Shown: positions 29,508 to 40,224, counted from the first letter of the whole stretch. The stretch: DNA of 62,731 nucleotides, filler included, from an uncultured bacterium (GCA_964543655.1; 4 parts of 4 records of this genome joined end to end with filler, not necessarily neighbours in it), one strand, 5' to 3'. Translations and numbers: made by a program. The notes: generated from the sequence alone by a model not told the origin.

Positions 29508-31145
29508 ATGGATAAATATGAAGAAATGTGTCAAAATTTTAAGTGGCAAATCCCTGAATTTTTTAACATAGGTGTTGCAACATGCGATATTCACGCACAT
29601 GAGACTCCTGAAGCAACCTGTTTAATTCTGGAAAATAGCTCTGGTAATGTGACAAAATACACATTTAATGATATTAAAAAACTTTCCAATAGATTTGCAA
29701 ACTTCTTAAAATCAGTTGGAGCAAGAAAAGGTGACAGATTTGCTATTTTTCTTTCACAGCAGTTAGAAACAGCTATTGCTCATATTGCAGGATATAAACT
29801 TGGATTAATAAATGTTCCTCTATTTACTCTATTTGGTCCTGATGCACTTCATTATAGACTTGAAAATAGTGCAGCTAAATTTATTATTATTAATAATAAC
29901 GACCTTGAAAAAATATCCGAAATAGAAAAAAACCTTCCTAATTTAGAGACAATAGTAGTTGTAGATGGTTCTATTAACAATGGTAAAATTTTCAGTTTTG
30001 ATTTTTGCATAAATAGAGCATCTGATGAATTAATACCAGAGAAAACATATTCAGATGATCCTGCTCTGATAATTTACACTTCTGGTACCACAGGTCCACC
30101 AAAAGGTGCCTTACATGCACATAGAATGTTACTTGGCCATCTCCCTGGAGTTCAGCTTCCACACGATTTTTTTCCACAAAAAGGCGACCTTTTCTGGACT
30201 CCTGCTGACTGGGCATGGATAGGGGGACTTTACGATGTGCTTTTTCCAAGCCTGTACTATAAGGTACCTGTTTTTGCCTGTAGGTTGAAAAAATTTGACC
30301 CTGAAGAAGCTCTTCATTTAATGGAAAAACATGGGATTAGAAATGTCTTTATGCCACCTACTGCTTTAAAAATTTTGCGTAATATTAAAAATATTCGCAC
30401 AAAATATAAATTAAATCTCCGTACAATTGCAAGTGGCGGCGAGTCACTTGGAGAAGAAACTTTACTATGGGCAAAAGAGGAATTAGGTATAAATATAAAT
30501 GAATTTTATGGTCAAACAGAAGCAAATCTTCTCATAAGCAATTCAGCTACTCTCTTTAAAATCAAGCCAGGTTCTATGGGCAAAAGAGTAATGGGCCATA
30601 AAGTAGCAATTATTGATGAAAATGGCAATGAATTACCACCAGGCGAGGAAGGGGAAATTGCAGTAAAAAGTCCTGATCCTGTTATGTTTATTGAGTACTG
30701 GAAAAATATAGAAGCAACACATGAAAAATTTATAGGCAATTGGATGAAAACTGGTGATACTGGCAAAATTGACTCAGATGGTTATTTCTGGTTTTCAGGT
30801 AGAACTGATGATGTAATTTCAAGTGCTGGTTATAGAATTGGGCCTTCAGAAATTGAAGATTGTCTGCTCAAACATCCAGCTGTTTCTTTATCTGCTGTTA
30901 TAGGTAAACCTGACAAATTAAGAGGTGAAATTGTTAAAGCATTTGTTGTGTTAAAAGATGGAATAGAGCCTCAAAAAAATTTACTTGATGAATTAAAACA
31001 GTTTGTAAAGAAAAGATTGGCAGCCCATGAATACCCAAGGGAAATTGAATTTGTTGATTCTCTACCAATGACAGTTACTGGGAAAATTATGAGAAGAGAG
31101 CTTCGAAAAATGGAAGAAGAAAAAAGAAAGGAGGTGAAACAGTAA
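29508..31145 (+). CDS. Acyl-CoA (acetyl-CoA-type) synthetase, AMP-forming
   Basis: YTSGTTGPPKG, EFYGQTE, TGD, GRTDD, TGKIMRR. Confidence 0.9.
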   Translation: MDKYEEMCQNFKWQIPEFFNIGVATCDIHAHETPEATCLILENSSGNVTKYTFNDIKKLSNRFANFLKSVGARKGDRFAIFLSQQLETAIAHIAGYKLGLINVPLFTLFGPDALHYRLENSAAKFIIINNNDLEKISEIEKNLPNLETIVVVDGSINNGKIFSFDFCINRASDELIPEKTYSDDPALIIYTSGTTGPPKGALHAHRMLLGHLPGVQLPHDFFPQKGDLFWTPADWAWIGGLYDVLFPSLYYKVPVFACRLKKFDPEEALHLMEKHGIRNVFMPPTALKILRNIKNIRTKYKLNLRTIASGGESLGEETLLWAKEELGININEFYGQTEANLLISNSATLFKIKPGSMGKRVMGHKVAIIDENGNELPPGEEGEIAVKSPDPVMFIEYWKNIEATHEKFIGNWMKTGDTGKIDSDGYFWFSGRTDDVISSAGYRIGPSEIEDCLLKHPAVSLSAVIGKPDKLRGEIVKAFVVLKDGIEPQKNLLDELKQFVKKRLAAHEYPREIEFVDSLPMTVTGKIMRRELRKMEEEKRKEVKQ

Positions 31146-31184
31146 TTTTTTTTAAAAACCAACAATTACAGGAGGGGGAGTACA

Positions 31185-32330
31185 ATGAAAAGAGCTATTC
31201 TATTTTCAATTATTTTTACACTTATTTTTTCATTTTCTGCGTTTGCTAAAAGCAAGAGAAAAAAATTTGGAGTGGATCAGAGACACATTGAGTGGCAGCA
31301 CAAAAAATTTACAACTTCAAATAAAAAGTTTCATTGGAGAATGGTAGAAACATGGACAAAAGGAATTCTATTCCACGATGTTGCCCAACATTTTTGCGAT
31401 AGTGTAAGAGCTGCAAGTGGAGGAAGATTAACAATAAAACTTTTCCAGGCTGGAGCACTTGTTCCTGCAAAAGAAGTTTTTGATGCTGTTAGAAAAGGTG
31501 TAGTTCAGTGTGGCCATGATTGGTCAGGCTATTGGAAAGGTAAAAATGAAGCATTTGTTTGCTTTGCTTCTGTTCCTTATGGACTTGATATTGAAGGTTA
31601 CAATATCTGGCTGTATGCAAGAGATGGCCTCAAACTATGGCAGCAATTGTACAAACCCTGGGGTCTTGTTGTTTTTCCATGCGGTAATCCTGGACAAGAA
31701 TTAGGATTGTTTTCAAATAAAAAGGCAACTAAGATGGCTGATTTTAAAGGGATGAGAGTTAGGACAGTTGGCTGGTACATGGATATTCTCACAAGATTAG
31801 GTGCTTCAGTATCACCACTACCAGGTGGAGAAGTTTACCTTTCACTTGAAAGAGGGGTTATTGATGCTGCAGAATTTTCAACACCAGCAATAGATCTTCC
31901 AATGGGTTTTGATGAAATTACCAAATATGTTATAGAGCCTGGAGTTCATCAACCATCCTCGCAAACAGAAGTTATAATTAATCAAAAAGCATGGAATCAG
32001 CTACCTGAAGATTTAAAAAATATTGTTAGAATTTGTGCAAAAGAGACTCAACTCTGGAGTGAAGCTTGGATGGAAAATTTAAATGCAAAAGCTGTTAATA
32101 TTCTTGCAAAAAGGATTAAATTTATAAAAATGGATAAAAGTACTATTCTTGAATTTGCTAAAACAACTCATGAATATTTAAATGAGCTTAAAAAGAAATA
32201 TCCTGATGTTAAAAAAGTTCTTGAATCCCAGGAAGCATTTAGGAAAGAATTTGCAAAATGGAGAGATTTGAGAAGTGGAGTTGCTCCATGGCCATACAAT
32301 ATTTATATAAAAGGCAAAATATTACAATAA
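31185..32330 (+). CDS. dctP: TRAP transporter substrate-binding protein DctP (TakP-like)
   Basis: Signal peptide; SGGRLTIKLF.AGALVP..EVFDAV, GEVYLSLERGVIDAAEF. Confidence 0.9.
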   Translation: MKRAILFSIIFTLIFSFSAFAKSKRKKFGVDQRHIEWQHKKFTTSNKKFHWRMVETWTKGILFHDVAQHFCDSVRAASGGRLTIKLFQAGALVPAKEVFDAVRKGVVQCGHDWSGYWKGKNEAFVCFASVPYGLDIEGYNIWLYARDGLKLWQQLYKPWGLVVFPCGNPGQELGLFSNKKATKMADFKGMRVRTVGWYMDILTRLGASVSPLPGGEVYLSLERGVIDAAEFSTPAIDLPMGFDEITKYVIEPGVHQPSSQTEVIINQKAWNQLPEDLKNIVRICAKETQLWSEAWMENLNAKAVNILAKRIKFIKMDKSTILEFAKTTHEYLNELKKKYPDVKKVLESQEAFRKEFAKWRDLRSGVAPWPYNIYIKGKILQ

Positions 32331-32334
32331 CAGC

Positions 32335-32358
32335 ATGCCCGGTGCTACCGGGCATTTT
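32335..32358 (+). terminator. Intercistronic hairpin after dctP
   Basis: ATGCCCGGT-GCT-ACCGGGCAT-TTT. Confidence 0.6.
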
Positions 32359-32382
32359 CTTATTAATATTAGAGGTGAAAAA

Positions 32383-32895
32383 ATGAAAAATTTTTTGAGA
32401 AAATTTGTAAAATTCGCAGACAAATTAAATATTATTATTGGCGTGTGGGCATCCTACCTTGTGCTTGTTCTTACTTTTGTGGTTGTTTATGAAGTAATTA
32501 GAAGAAAAATATTCAATTCTCCAACAAGCTGGGCATTTGAATTTAGTACATTTTTATATGGTGGAATGTTTATACTTGGCGCAGGATATACCTATTATCA
32601 GGATATGCACGTATCCATTGATGTTATTGAGGAAAGATTACCAGAAAAAGTTAGAACTTGGCTCAGAATCATTACTTTTCTAATATTCTTCTTACCCTTT
32701 GTTTCAGGAATATTTTATGCATCAATTACCTATACACTTGACTCCTGGCGGACCCATGAGCATAGCTGGAGTGCATGGGCACCACCTATATATATTTACA
32801 AAACTGTTATGCCTGTGGGATTTTTTCTCCTTCTCATAGAAGGAATTGCAAAATTTATTAAGGATATTTTCAAATTGAAAGGGGAAGAATTATGA
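32383..32895 (+). CDS. dctQ: TRAP small permease DctQ
   Basis: 4 TM helices, HVSIDVI; ATG 32383 after GAGGTG. Confidence 0.88.
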   Translation: MKNFLRKFVKFADKLNIIIGVWASYLVLVLTFVVVYEVIRRKIFNSPTSWAFEFSTFLYGGMFILGAGYTYYQDMHVSIDVIEERLPEKVRTWLRIITFLIFFLPFVSGIFYASITYTLDSWRTHEHSWSAWAPPIYIYKTVMPVGFFLLLIEGIAKFIKDIFKLKGEEL

Positions 32896-34229
32896 GTGCT
32901 GAATTTTTAACAATTATGATGTTTGTTATTTTGCTTTTAATGATATTTATGGGGCATCCTCTTGCTTTTACTCTTGGAGCAATTGCTACAGTCTTTGGGC
33001 TTATTGGCTGGGGTGGTGATTTTAACCTTGTAATAAATTTATTTATTAATAAAATTTATGGAATTATAACAAATTATGTACTTGTTGCAATACCGTTATT
33101 TATTTTTATGGCGCAGGTGCTTGATGCATCTGGAATTGCAGAGAAGTTATTTAAAGCAATGTATCTTATAGTTGGCTGGATTCCAGGTGGTCTTGCAATT
33201 GCCACAATTTTAGCATGCACAATATTTGCCTCTTCCACAGGGATAGTTGGAGCAGTGGAAGTTGCAATGGGATTACTTGCTGGCCCAGCATTGCTCAAGC
33301 GGGGATATTCACCAAAGCTTGTGGCAGGTTCTATTTGTGGAGGTGGTACACTTGGAATTTTAATTCCACCAAGTATAATGCTTGTAGTTTATGGAGGTCT
33401 GCAAGGATTATCTGTTGGAAGATTATTTGCAGCAGCAATACTGCCAGGGCTGATTCTTGCAGGTTCATATGTTTTATACATTTTTATTAGATGTTTAATT
33501 AATCCAAAAATGGGCCCACCTATTTCAAAAGAAGAGAGGCAGAGTCTATCAATAAAAGAGAAAACCAAACTAATTATGGAATCTCTTGTGCCACCTATTG
33601 TATTGATTGTGCTTGTTCTTGGAAGTATTGTTGCTGGTGTTTCTACACCAACAGAAGCTGCTGGAATGGGCTCAATAGGCTCCATTATTCTTGCATTCCT
33701 CTACAAAAGGCTCTCATGGAAAGTTTTAAAAGATTCAGCAATAGCTACATTAAAAACAACATGCATGGTAATGATACTCTTTATTGGTGGCAACTGTTTC
33801 AGTGCTGTTTTTATGGGATTAGGCGGTGGTGATACATTGGCAAGCATGCTACTTGGAATTTCCTCAAACAAATATGTAATTCTTGCTATTATGCAGCTTG
33901 GACTTGTTGTATTGGGTATGTTTATTGATTGGCTTGGAATTTTATTAATCTGCGTACCTGTATTTACCCCTGTTGCTATGCAGCTTGGATTTGACCCTCT
34001 CTGGTATGCCACCCTTATCTGTGTTAATTTGCAAATGTCTTTTCTCACACCACCATTTGGTTATTCATTATTCTACTTAAAAGGGATAAATCTTGAAGGG
34101 CTAAAAATGGTTGATATTTATCGTGGTGTTACACCATTTGTTTTACTACAGGCATCTACTGTTCTTGCATGTATAATATGGCCAAACATTATTTTATATT
34201 TACCACACATATTTTTTGCAGCTAAATAA
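32892..34229 (+). CDS. dctM: TRAP large permease DctM
   Basis: AIPLFIFM, GTLGILIPPSI, TPTEAA, LTPPFG. Confidence 0.93.
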   Translation: MSAEFLTIMMFVILLLMIFMGHPLAFTLGAIATVFGLIGWGGDFNLVINLFINKIYGIITNYVLVAIPLFIFMAQVLDASGIAEKLFKAMYLIVGWIPGGLAIATILACTIFASSTGIVGAVEVAMGLLAGPALLKRGYSPKLVAGSICGGGTLGILIPPSIMLVVYGGLQGLSVGRLFAAAILPGLILAGSYVLYIFIRCLINPKMGPPISKEERQSLSIKEKTKLIMESLVPPIVLIVLVLGSIVAGVSTPTEAAGMGSIGSIILAFLYKRLSWKVLKDSAIATLKTTCMVMILFIGGNCFSAVFMGLGGGDTLASMLLGISSNKYVILAIMQLGLVVLGMFIDWLGILLICVPVFTPVAMQLGFDPLWYATLICVNLQMSFLTPPFGYSLFYLKGINLEGLKMVDIYRGVTPFVLLQASTVLACIIWPNIILYLPHIFFAAK

Positions 34230-34240
34230 AGGAGTTTTAA

Positions 34241-35629
34241 ATGAAAATCAAAGAAGAAGTTATAAAAAAAATAGAAAGTATAGTTGGAAAAGGGAATATT
34301 TTTACAGATAAAGATACATTGAAGCACTTTGATTATGATGCAACAGAAAGGCATTACCTGCCAGATGTTGTTATAACTCCTGAAAATAGTGAGCAAATAT
34401 CAAAAATAATGAAAATAGCTTATGAAAATGAAATACCTGTTACTCCTCAAGGTGGTAAAACAGGTTTAAGTGGCGGCTGTTTACCAGTAAATGGCGGGAT
34501 AGTGCTTTCATTAAAAAATATGAAAAATATTATTGAAATAGATGAAAAAAATTACACTGCCACTGTAGAGCCAGGGGTTGTTGCTGCTGATTTTCAAAAA
34601 GCAATCAGGGATAGAGGTCTCTTTTTCCCACCTGACCCTTCAAGCACTGTAGAAAGTACAATTGGTGGAAATGTTGCAGAAAATGCGGGATATACAAGGG
34701 CTGTGAAATATGGTGTAACAAAAGATTATATTTTGGGAATAGAAGCTGTGCTTGCAAATGGAAACATTGTAAAATTTGGTGGCAAAAATATTAAGGATGT
34801 TGTTGGCTATGATATTATAAGACTCCTTATAGGCTCAGAAGGCACTCTTGCTATTATTACAAAAATTATTGTTAAATTGCTGCCGTTACCTGAAGATAGA
34901 AGGACTCTCATTGGATATTTTGATGATATGACAAAAGGTGCAGACCTTGTAGTTGAAATATTTCAAAGAGGCATTGTTCCAACAGCAATAGAATTTATGG
35001 ACAGACTCACCATGAAAGCTGTAGAAAATTATTTAAACGTCTCTTTGCCAGATGCTGAAGCAATGATACTTGTTGAGGTTGATGGCAATAAACTTGCAGT
35101 TAATGATGAAGCAGAAAAAATATTAAAAATTTATGAAAATGTTGGTGCAAAAGAATTTAGACTTGCAAAAGATGAAGAGGAAGCAGAAAAATTTTGGATT
35201 ATACGTAGAGAATCTCTACCAGCCTTAAAAGCAAAAGGTGGTGATCAGCTTGAAGCTGATATTGTTGTTCCCAGATATTTTTTACCAAAATATGTTAAAA
35301 ATATTCAGCAATTAGCAGAGGATTACAAATGTGAGGTTGCTACATATGGACACGCCGGTGATGGCAATCTGCACATTACTATAATTTATCATAAATCCTC
35401 TTTTCAGGACCTTGTAAATGCAAATGAGCTTCTTGAAAAGTTTTATAGAGAAGCAATTAAATTAGGTGGCTCCCTTACAGGTGAGCATGGTATAGGTATT
35501 ACAGCAGCACCATATCTTCAGTTGCAACTTGGAAAAAATGAAATTGAAATTTTAAGAAAGATAAAAAAAGCATTTGATGAAAAGAATATTCTTAACCCCG
35601 GAAAAATATTTGATTTTAAAGAAGATTAA
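34241..35629 (+). CDS. FAD-linked D-2-hydroxyacid dehydrogenase (GlcD/D-lactate dehydrogenase-like)
   Basis: GGKTGLSGG, FPPDPSS, GSEGTL, GHAGDGNLH, GEHGIG, LNPGK. Confidence 0.88.
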   Translation: MKIKEEVIKKIESIVGKGNIFTDKDTLKHFDYDATERHYLPDVVITPENSEQISKIMKIAYENEIPVTPQGGKTGLSGGCLPVNGGIVLSLKNMKNIIEIDEKNYTATVEPGVVAADFQKAIRDRGLFFPPDPSSTVESTIGGNVAENAGYTRAVKYGVTKDYILGIEAVLANGNIVKFGGKNIKDVVGYDIIRLLIGSEGTLAIITKIIVKLLPLPEDRRTLIGYFDDMTKGADLVVEIFQRGIVPTAIEFMDRLTMKAVENYLNVSLPDAEAMILVEVDGNKLAVNDEAEKILKIYENVGAKEFRLAKDEEEAEKFWIIRRESLPALKAKGGDQLEADIVVPRYFLPKYVKNIQQLAEDYKCEVATYGHAGDGNLHITIIYHKSSFQDLVNANELLEKFYREAIKLGGSLTGEHGIGITAAPYLQLQLGKNEIEILRKIKKAFDEKNILNPGKIFDFKED

Positions 35630-36479
35630 GCTCATATTTTTCAGCGAGTTTAATTGCTTCTATATATTCATTTGATGTGATTCTTCTGTTCAACTCCGGG
35701 TAATTATCTGCTTTGTAACATGGATAATATTGCTCCATTATATTTACATAGGTATTTTTTGAAATTTCAGTTGATATAAATTTCAGCACATTTTCTGTAT
35801 TAGCTATTGAATTGGGCAAGACTAAATGACGAATTAAAAGCCCTTTATAAGCTATCCCCTCTGAATCTATCAATAGATCGCCAACCTGCTTATACATCTC
35901 TTTTAATACTGCTTTTATATTTGAAAAATAATTTTTAATTCCTGAATATTTGTACGCTGTTTCATTATCACCATATTTAAAATCTGGCATGTAAATATCA
36001 ATAATCCCATTTAGCAATTGTATCAATTTTATAGAATCGTATCCACCTGTGTTATAAATAAGAGGCACTTTAAGGCCATTTTTTCGAGCAATAAACACAG
36101 CTTCAACTATCTGTGGTGCAACATGGGTGGGTGAGACAAAATTTATATTATGGCAACCTTCATCCTGCAAATAAAGCATTATTTCTGCAAGTTTTTCTGA
36201 AGTAACCTCATAACCATTATCAGGATTTTGGCTAATATCATAATTTTGGCAATATACACATGCTAAGTTACAGCCAGTAAAAAAGATAGTGCCTGAGCCA
36301 TTGTAACCTCTGATAACATCTTCTTCACCAAGATGTGGAGAATAACTGCTAATTTTTGCAAAAAGCTTTATACCACACTTCCCTTTTTCTAACTCCAACC
36401 TGTTCACACCGCAATTGTTAGGACACAAAGTGCAGCATTTCAACAAATTTTTTAATTCATTTAATATATCTACATTCAT
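35616..36479 (-). CDS. Radical SAM protein, PflX-like
   Basis: CTLCPNNC, HLGEE, GSGTIFFTGCNLACVYCQN, NINFVSPTH, IRHLVLP. Confidence 0.87.
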   Translation of the reverse strand: MNVDILNELKNLLKCCTLCPNNCGVNRLELEKGKCGIKLFAKISSYSPHLGEEDVIRGYNGSGTIFFTGCNLACVYCQNYDISQNPDNGYEVTSEKLAEIMLYLQDEGCHNINFVSPTHVAPQIVEAVFIARKNGLKVPLIYNTGGYDSIKLIQLLNGIIDIYMPDFKYGDNETAYKYSGIKNYFSNIKAVLKEMYKQVGDLLIDSEGIAYKGLLIRHLVLPNSIANTENVLKFISTEISKNTYVNIMEQYYPCYKADNYPELNRRITSNEYIEAIKLAEKYELNLL

Positions 36480-36653
36480 TACTTTTAAAAATAATTTATA
36501 AAAAAGGTTGAGTCAAGTAGATTTAAGTATTTTCACCACAAATTAATAAATTACCTTGATTTTTTTTTCATTACATACTAAAATTACAATATTAAGACCA
36601 TTTGCACAGTGGTTAAAGTGATATAATAAAGTTTATATTCAATATTACAACTT

Positions 36654-36738
36654 ATGGATTCTTCAGTTACAAAAATACTTTCTGGGAGACACTAAAAAGA
36701 CATTTTGACCCTCAGTAGAGCTAAGGGGAAGAATCCAT
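36654..36738. repeat. REP-like inverted-repeat element
   Basis: ATGGATTCTTC...GAAGAATCCAT 11-bp inverted repeat; right arm resembles 26993-27031. Confidence 0.55.
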
Positions 36739-36839
36739 TACAATTATTTAATTTTACTTACTTATCTATTTGTAATATTGAACCATTTTTTACTGTGCAA
36801 TACTTTTTAATGCAAAATGAAACTTTATAGGGGGCAAAC

Positions 36840-38114
36840 ATGAAAGTTAGATTAAAATATGGTTTTGAAGGACTTGAAGTTGATTTACCAGAAACTCCCA
36901 ATTTTAAAGGAATAATTACTCCTGATGAGCCATCACCTATAACTAATGTTACTGATAGATTAAATGAAATGATTAATAATCCCATAGATTCCAAACCGTT
37001 AATTGAAATTGCTAAAAATCGTAAAAATGCAGTAATTGTAATAAGTGATATTACTCGACCTGTACCTAATAAAGTTATTTTACCACCTATTCTTTCTACA
37101 ATTGAAAGAGCTGGCATTAAAAAGGAGAATATTTCCATCCTTATTGCAACAGGTATTCACAGACCAAATGAGGGAGAAGAGCTTACTATGCTCGTAGGAG
37201 AAGATATTGCAAATAATTACAGAATTATCAATCATTTATCTAAAAATGACAATGATATGGAGCTTGTTGGTTATATTAGTAATGGTAAAGTTCCTGTTTA
37301 CATTAACAAATATTATTTAAAAGCTGATCTGAAAATTTTAACTGGCTTTATAGAGCCTCATTTATGGGCAGGTTTTTCAGGAGGAAGAAAGTCTATACTT
37401 CCTGGTGTTTCATCTATTAAAACCCTTGAATATATGCATAGCCCTGAAATGGTTGCCCATCCCAAAACTGTATATGGAGTACTTGAGGGGAACCCATTTC
37501 ATGAAGCTGGTTTACAAGTTATGGAAAAAAGTGGAGCTGATTTTATTTTAAATGTTACATTAAACACAAAAAAGGAAATAACTGGGATATTTGCTGGTAA
37601 TCCTGTAACTGCACATATTGAAGGATGCAATTTCCTATCTAAATTTTGTATAAAATATATTGATGAGCCTCTTGACTTTGTTGTTACTACCAATTCAGGA
37701 GCACCACTTGATATTAACCTTTATCAGACAGTTAAAGGGATGAGTGTGGTAGCACCTGTTTTAAAAGAAGGGGCAACTATTTTAATTGCTTCAAAATGTT
37801 TTGAAGGTCTTGGCAGCCCTGAATATGTAAAGGTACTTAACATGATAGATTCTCCAGATAAATTTCTAAAACGGTTGATGAATAATGAATTTTTTATCCC
37901 TGATCAATGGTGTGCACAAGAAACTTACCAGATAATATTAAAGCATCCAACATGGATATATTCAGATCTACCAGATGATATATTAAAAAAATACTTTTTT
38001 CACCCAGTAAGCTCAATTGAAGCTGCTGTGAAGAAATTATTATCAATGTATGGGAACAATGCTTCATGGGCAGTGTTACCAGATGGCCCAATGGTTATTG
38101 TAAAACTTAAATAA
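36840..38114 (+). CDS. larA: Nickel-pincer lactate racemase family protein
   Basis: ISDITRPVP, ATGIHR, PHLWAGFSGGRKSILPG, NLYQTVKG. Confidence 0.9.
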   Translation: MKVRLKYGFEGLEVDLPETPNFKGIITPDEPSPITNVTDRLNEMINNPIDSKPLIEIAKNRKNAVIVISDITRPVPNKVILPPILSTIERAGIKKENISILIATGIHRPNEGEELTMLVGEDIANNYRIINHLSKNDNDMELVGYISNGKVPVYINKYYLKADLKILTGFIEPHLWAGFSGGRKSILPGVSSIKTLEYMHSPEMVAHPKTVYGVLEGNPFHEAGLQVMEKSGADFILNVTLNTKKEITGIFAGNPVTAHIEGCNFLSKFCIKYIDEPLDFVVTTNSGAPLDINLYQTVKGMSVVAPVLKEGATILIASKCFEGLGSPEYVKVLNMIDSPDKFLKRLMNNEFFIPDQWCAQETYQIILKHPTWIYSDLPDDILKKYFFHPVSSIEAAVKKLLSMYGNNASWAVLPDGPMVIVKLK

Positions 38115-38268
38115 ATATATTATTAGTGTGGATAATGAAGGTTGCAATTTGTAGAAATACAATGATTAATTGTTGGTTTTTATTGCTTTATTTAAATTAT
38201 AATAATTCAAACTAAATTTCAATTAAGTTATGAACTATGAGCATTAAACTAATAGTTGGGGGAAATTT

Positions 38269-38892
38269 TTGAATATTGGTATTTTTGGTGGTACGTTTAA
38301 CCCTGTTCATTTTGGACATTTAAGAACAGTTGAAGATATTAGAGAAAAATTTAAGCTTCAAGTTGTTTACTTTGTTCTTGCTAAAATTCCACCTCACAAA
38401 CTCCATAAAAATATTATTTCTGCAAAAGAAAGGTATAAAATTCTCAAGCTTGCAGTTCAAAGCAACCCTTTTTTCAAATTATCAGATATTGAGCTTAAAA
38501 GGAAAAAGCCATCATATTCCTTGCAAACAATAAAATATTTTAAAAAGAAATTTTCAAATGACAATCTCTATTTTATTTTAGGTAGTGATGCATTTTATGA
38601 AATTGACACATGGTATAAATTTCAAGAGATTCTTGCAAGTATTGATATTATTGTTATGACAAGGGAAAGTTTCTATTGCAATGAAAACTTTCTTAAACAA
38701 CTAAATTATACAAAAGAAAAAGATTATTTTATTAACAAATCTGGCAAAAAAGTATATTTTTGCAATGTTACAAGACTTGATATATCATCATCAAAAATCA
38801 GAGAAAATATAAAAAAAAATTTATCTATAAATTATTTTATGCCTGAAAAATGTATTCAATACATTTATAAAAAACAACTTTACACAGAGTAA
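38269..38892 (+). CDS. nadD: Nicotinate-nucleotide adenylyltransferase
   Basis: GGTFNPVHFGH, PPHK, LGSD, ISSSKIR. Confidence 0.93.
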   Translation: MNIGIFGGTFNPVHFGHLRTVEDIREKFKLQVVYFVLAKIPPHKLHKNIISAKERYKILKLAVQSNPFFKLSDIELKRKKPSYSLQTIKYFKKKFSNDNLYFILGSDAFYEIDTWYKFQEILASIDIIVMTRESFYCNENFLKQLNYTKEKDYFINKSGKKVYFCNVTRLDISSSKIRENIKKNLSINYFMPEKCIQYIYKKQLYTE

Positions 38893-38953
38893 AAATTTTT
38901 TGAAATTTCAAAAATTTTCTGATAAGCTTAATAAAAAAATAGGAAGGAGGGAT

Positions 38954-39316
38954 ATGGAAAATAATCTTTTAAAAACAACTGTTTTAGCAGCTCTTGAAAA
39001 AAAGGCTAAAAATATCAATATACTTGACTTAAGAAAGTTTGGTACATTTACTGATTACTTTGTAATAATCAGTGGTACATCAAATAAGCATGTTCAAGCA
39101 ATTGCTGACAGTATCAAGGAGGAGAACAAAAAAAGAAAATTCTCTCTTTTTGGAGAAGAGGGATACAGAGAAGCAAAATGGATTTTACTTGATTATGGTG
39201 ATCTAATTGTCCATATTTTTGATGAAGAAGTGAGAGATTTTTATGATATTGAAGGGTTGTGGTTCGAAGCTGATAAAATAGAATTGGAGTCTCTTGGAAT
39301 TGAGGACAAAACTTAA
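38954..39316 (+). CDS. rsfS: Ribosome silencing factor
   Basis: DYFVIISG.S..H..AIAD, WILLDYGDLIVHIF, RDFYDIEGLW; follows nadD. Confidence 0.93.
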   Translation: MENNLLKTTVLAALEKKAKNINILDLRKFGTFTDYFVIISGTSNKHVQAIADSIKEENKKRKFSLFGEEGYREAKWILLDYGDLIVHIFDEEVRDFYDIEGLWFEADKIELESLGIEDKT

Positions 39317-39767
39317 ATTCATATTTGTAGGAAAAACCAGGGAAAACTTTGTGTCTGAAGCAATAAAAAAATATGAAAAAATCCTGAAAAAATATGGGAT
39401 AATTGAAATAAAAGAGATTAAAAATTTTAAGGAATATGAGCCAAAAAAAATTTTAGAAAAAGAAAAATCTCTTATTTTAAAAAATATTGAAAAAAATTTC
39501 TTTACTATAATTCTTGATTTAAGAGGGAAACAAGTTTCCACAGAAAAAATGGCGAATTTATTTAATAAAAATTTTGAAAATGGAATAAATAGTTTTCAGT
39601 TTATAATTGGAGGAGCTTTTGGAATAGAGAGAGAGGTTTTAAATCAAGCTGATTTTGTCTGGAAATTATCAGATCTTACTTTTAATCATCAAATTGTTAG
39701 AATTATATTGTTAGAACAAGTTTACAGAATATTGTCAATAATAAATGGAGAGAGCTATCATCACTGA
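39294..39767 (+). CDS. rlmH: 23S rRNA m3Psi1915 methyltransferase
   Basis: FIIGGAFG, LSDLTFNHQIVRIILLEQVYR...YHH. Confidence 0.93.
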   Translation: MELRTKLKFIFVGKTRENFVSEAIKKYEKILKKYGIIEIKEIKNFKEYEPKKILEKEKSLILKNIEKNFFTIILDLRGKQVSTEKMANLFNKNFENGINSFQFIIGGAFGIEREVLNQADFVWKLSDLTFNHQIVRIILLEQVYRILSIINGESYHH

Positions 39768-40224
39768 TAAATTAAAATTAATTGAAGAATTGATTGATAT
39801 TTTTAAATATCCTACTGTAGAAACTATTGGAAAATATAATTTGAATTATCCTATTAATGAACTGGAAGTGGAGTATGTCTCACTTTTTATTGCTAATTAT
39901 GATATTAAACCTATTTCTCTATACTTATCAACATATGTTGATATAAACACACCTGATCTTTTAGAAAAGCTGACAAATATTTTTAAAGCAGCCAATGTTG
40001 AAATTAACAAAGATTTTAAAGAGAGAATTGATCATATTGTTATAATTTTGGAGTTTTTTTATCTTTTAATGGAAAGTGAAATAGAGAAAAGATATTTAGA
40101 AAACTTTTTTAAAAACTATGTTCAACCTTTTAATAAAATATCTGAAGTTTTAATAAGCAGAACTAACAATAAATTTTTTCTTTCAGGAGCAGAGAAACTT
40201 ATTCAATTATGTCAAGGATTTTAA
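39745..40224 (+). CDS. TorD/DmsD-family molybdoenzyme chaperone (short)
   Basis: LEVEYVSLF...Y.S.Y and ERIDHIVIILEF (EPxDH-like). Confidence 0.6.
   Translation: MERAIITDKLKLIEELIDIFKYPTVETIGKYNLNYPINELEVEYVSLFIANYDIKPISLYLSTYVDINTPDLLEKLTNIFKAANVEINKDFKERIDHIVIILEFFYLLMESEIEKRYLENFFKNYVQPFNKISEVLISRTNNKFFLSGAEKLIQLCQGF

Noticed and set aside
29347-29571. 74-aa ORF upstream of the acyl-CoA synthetase
   Set aside because: Covers the divergent promoter and operator region; no coding signature
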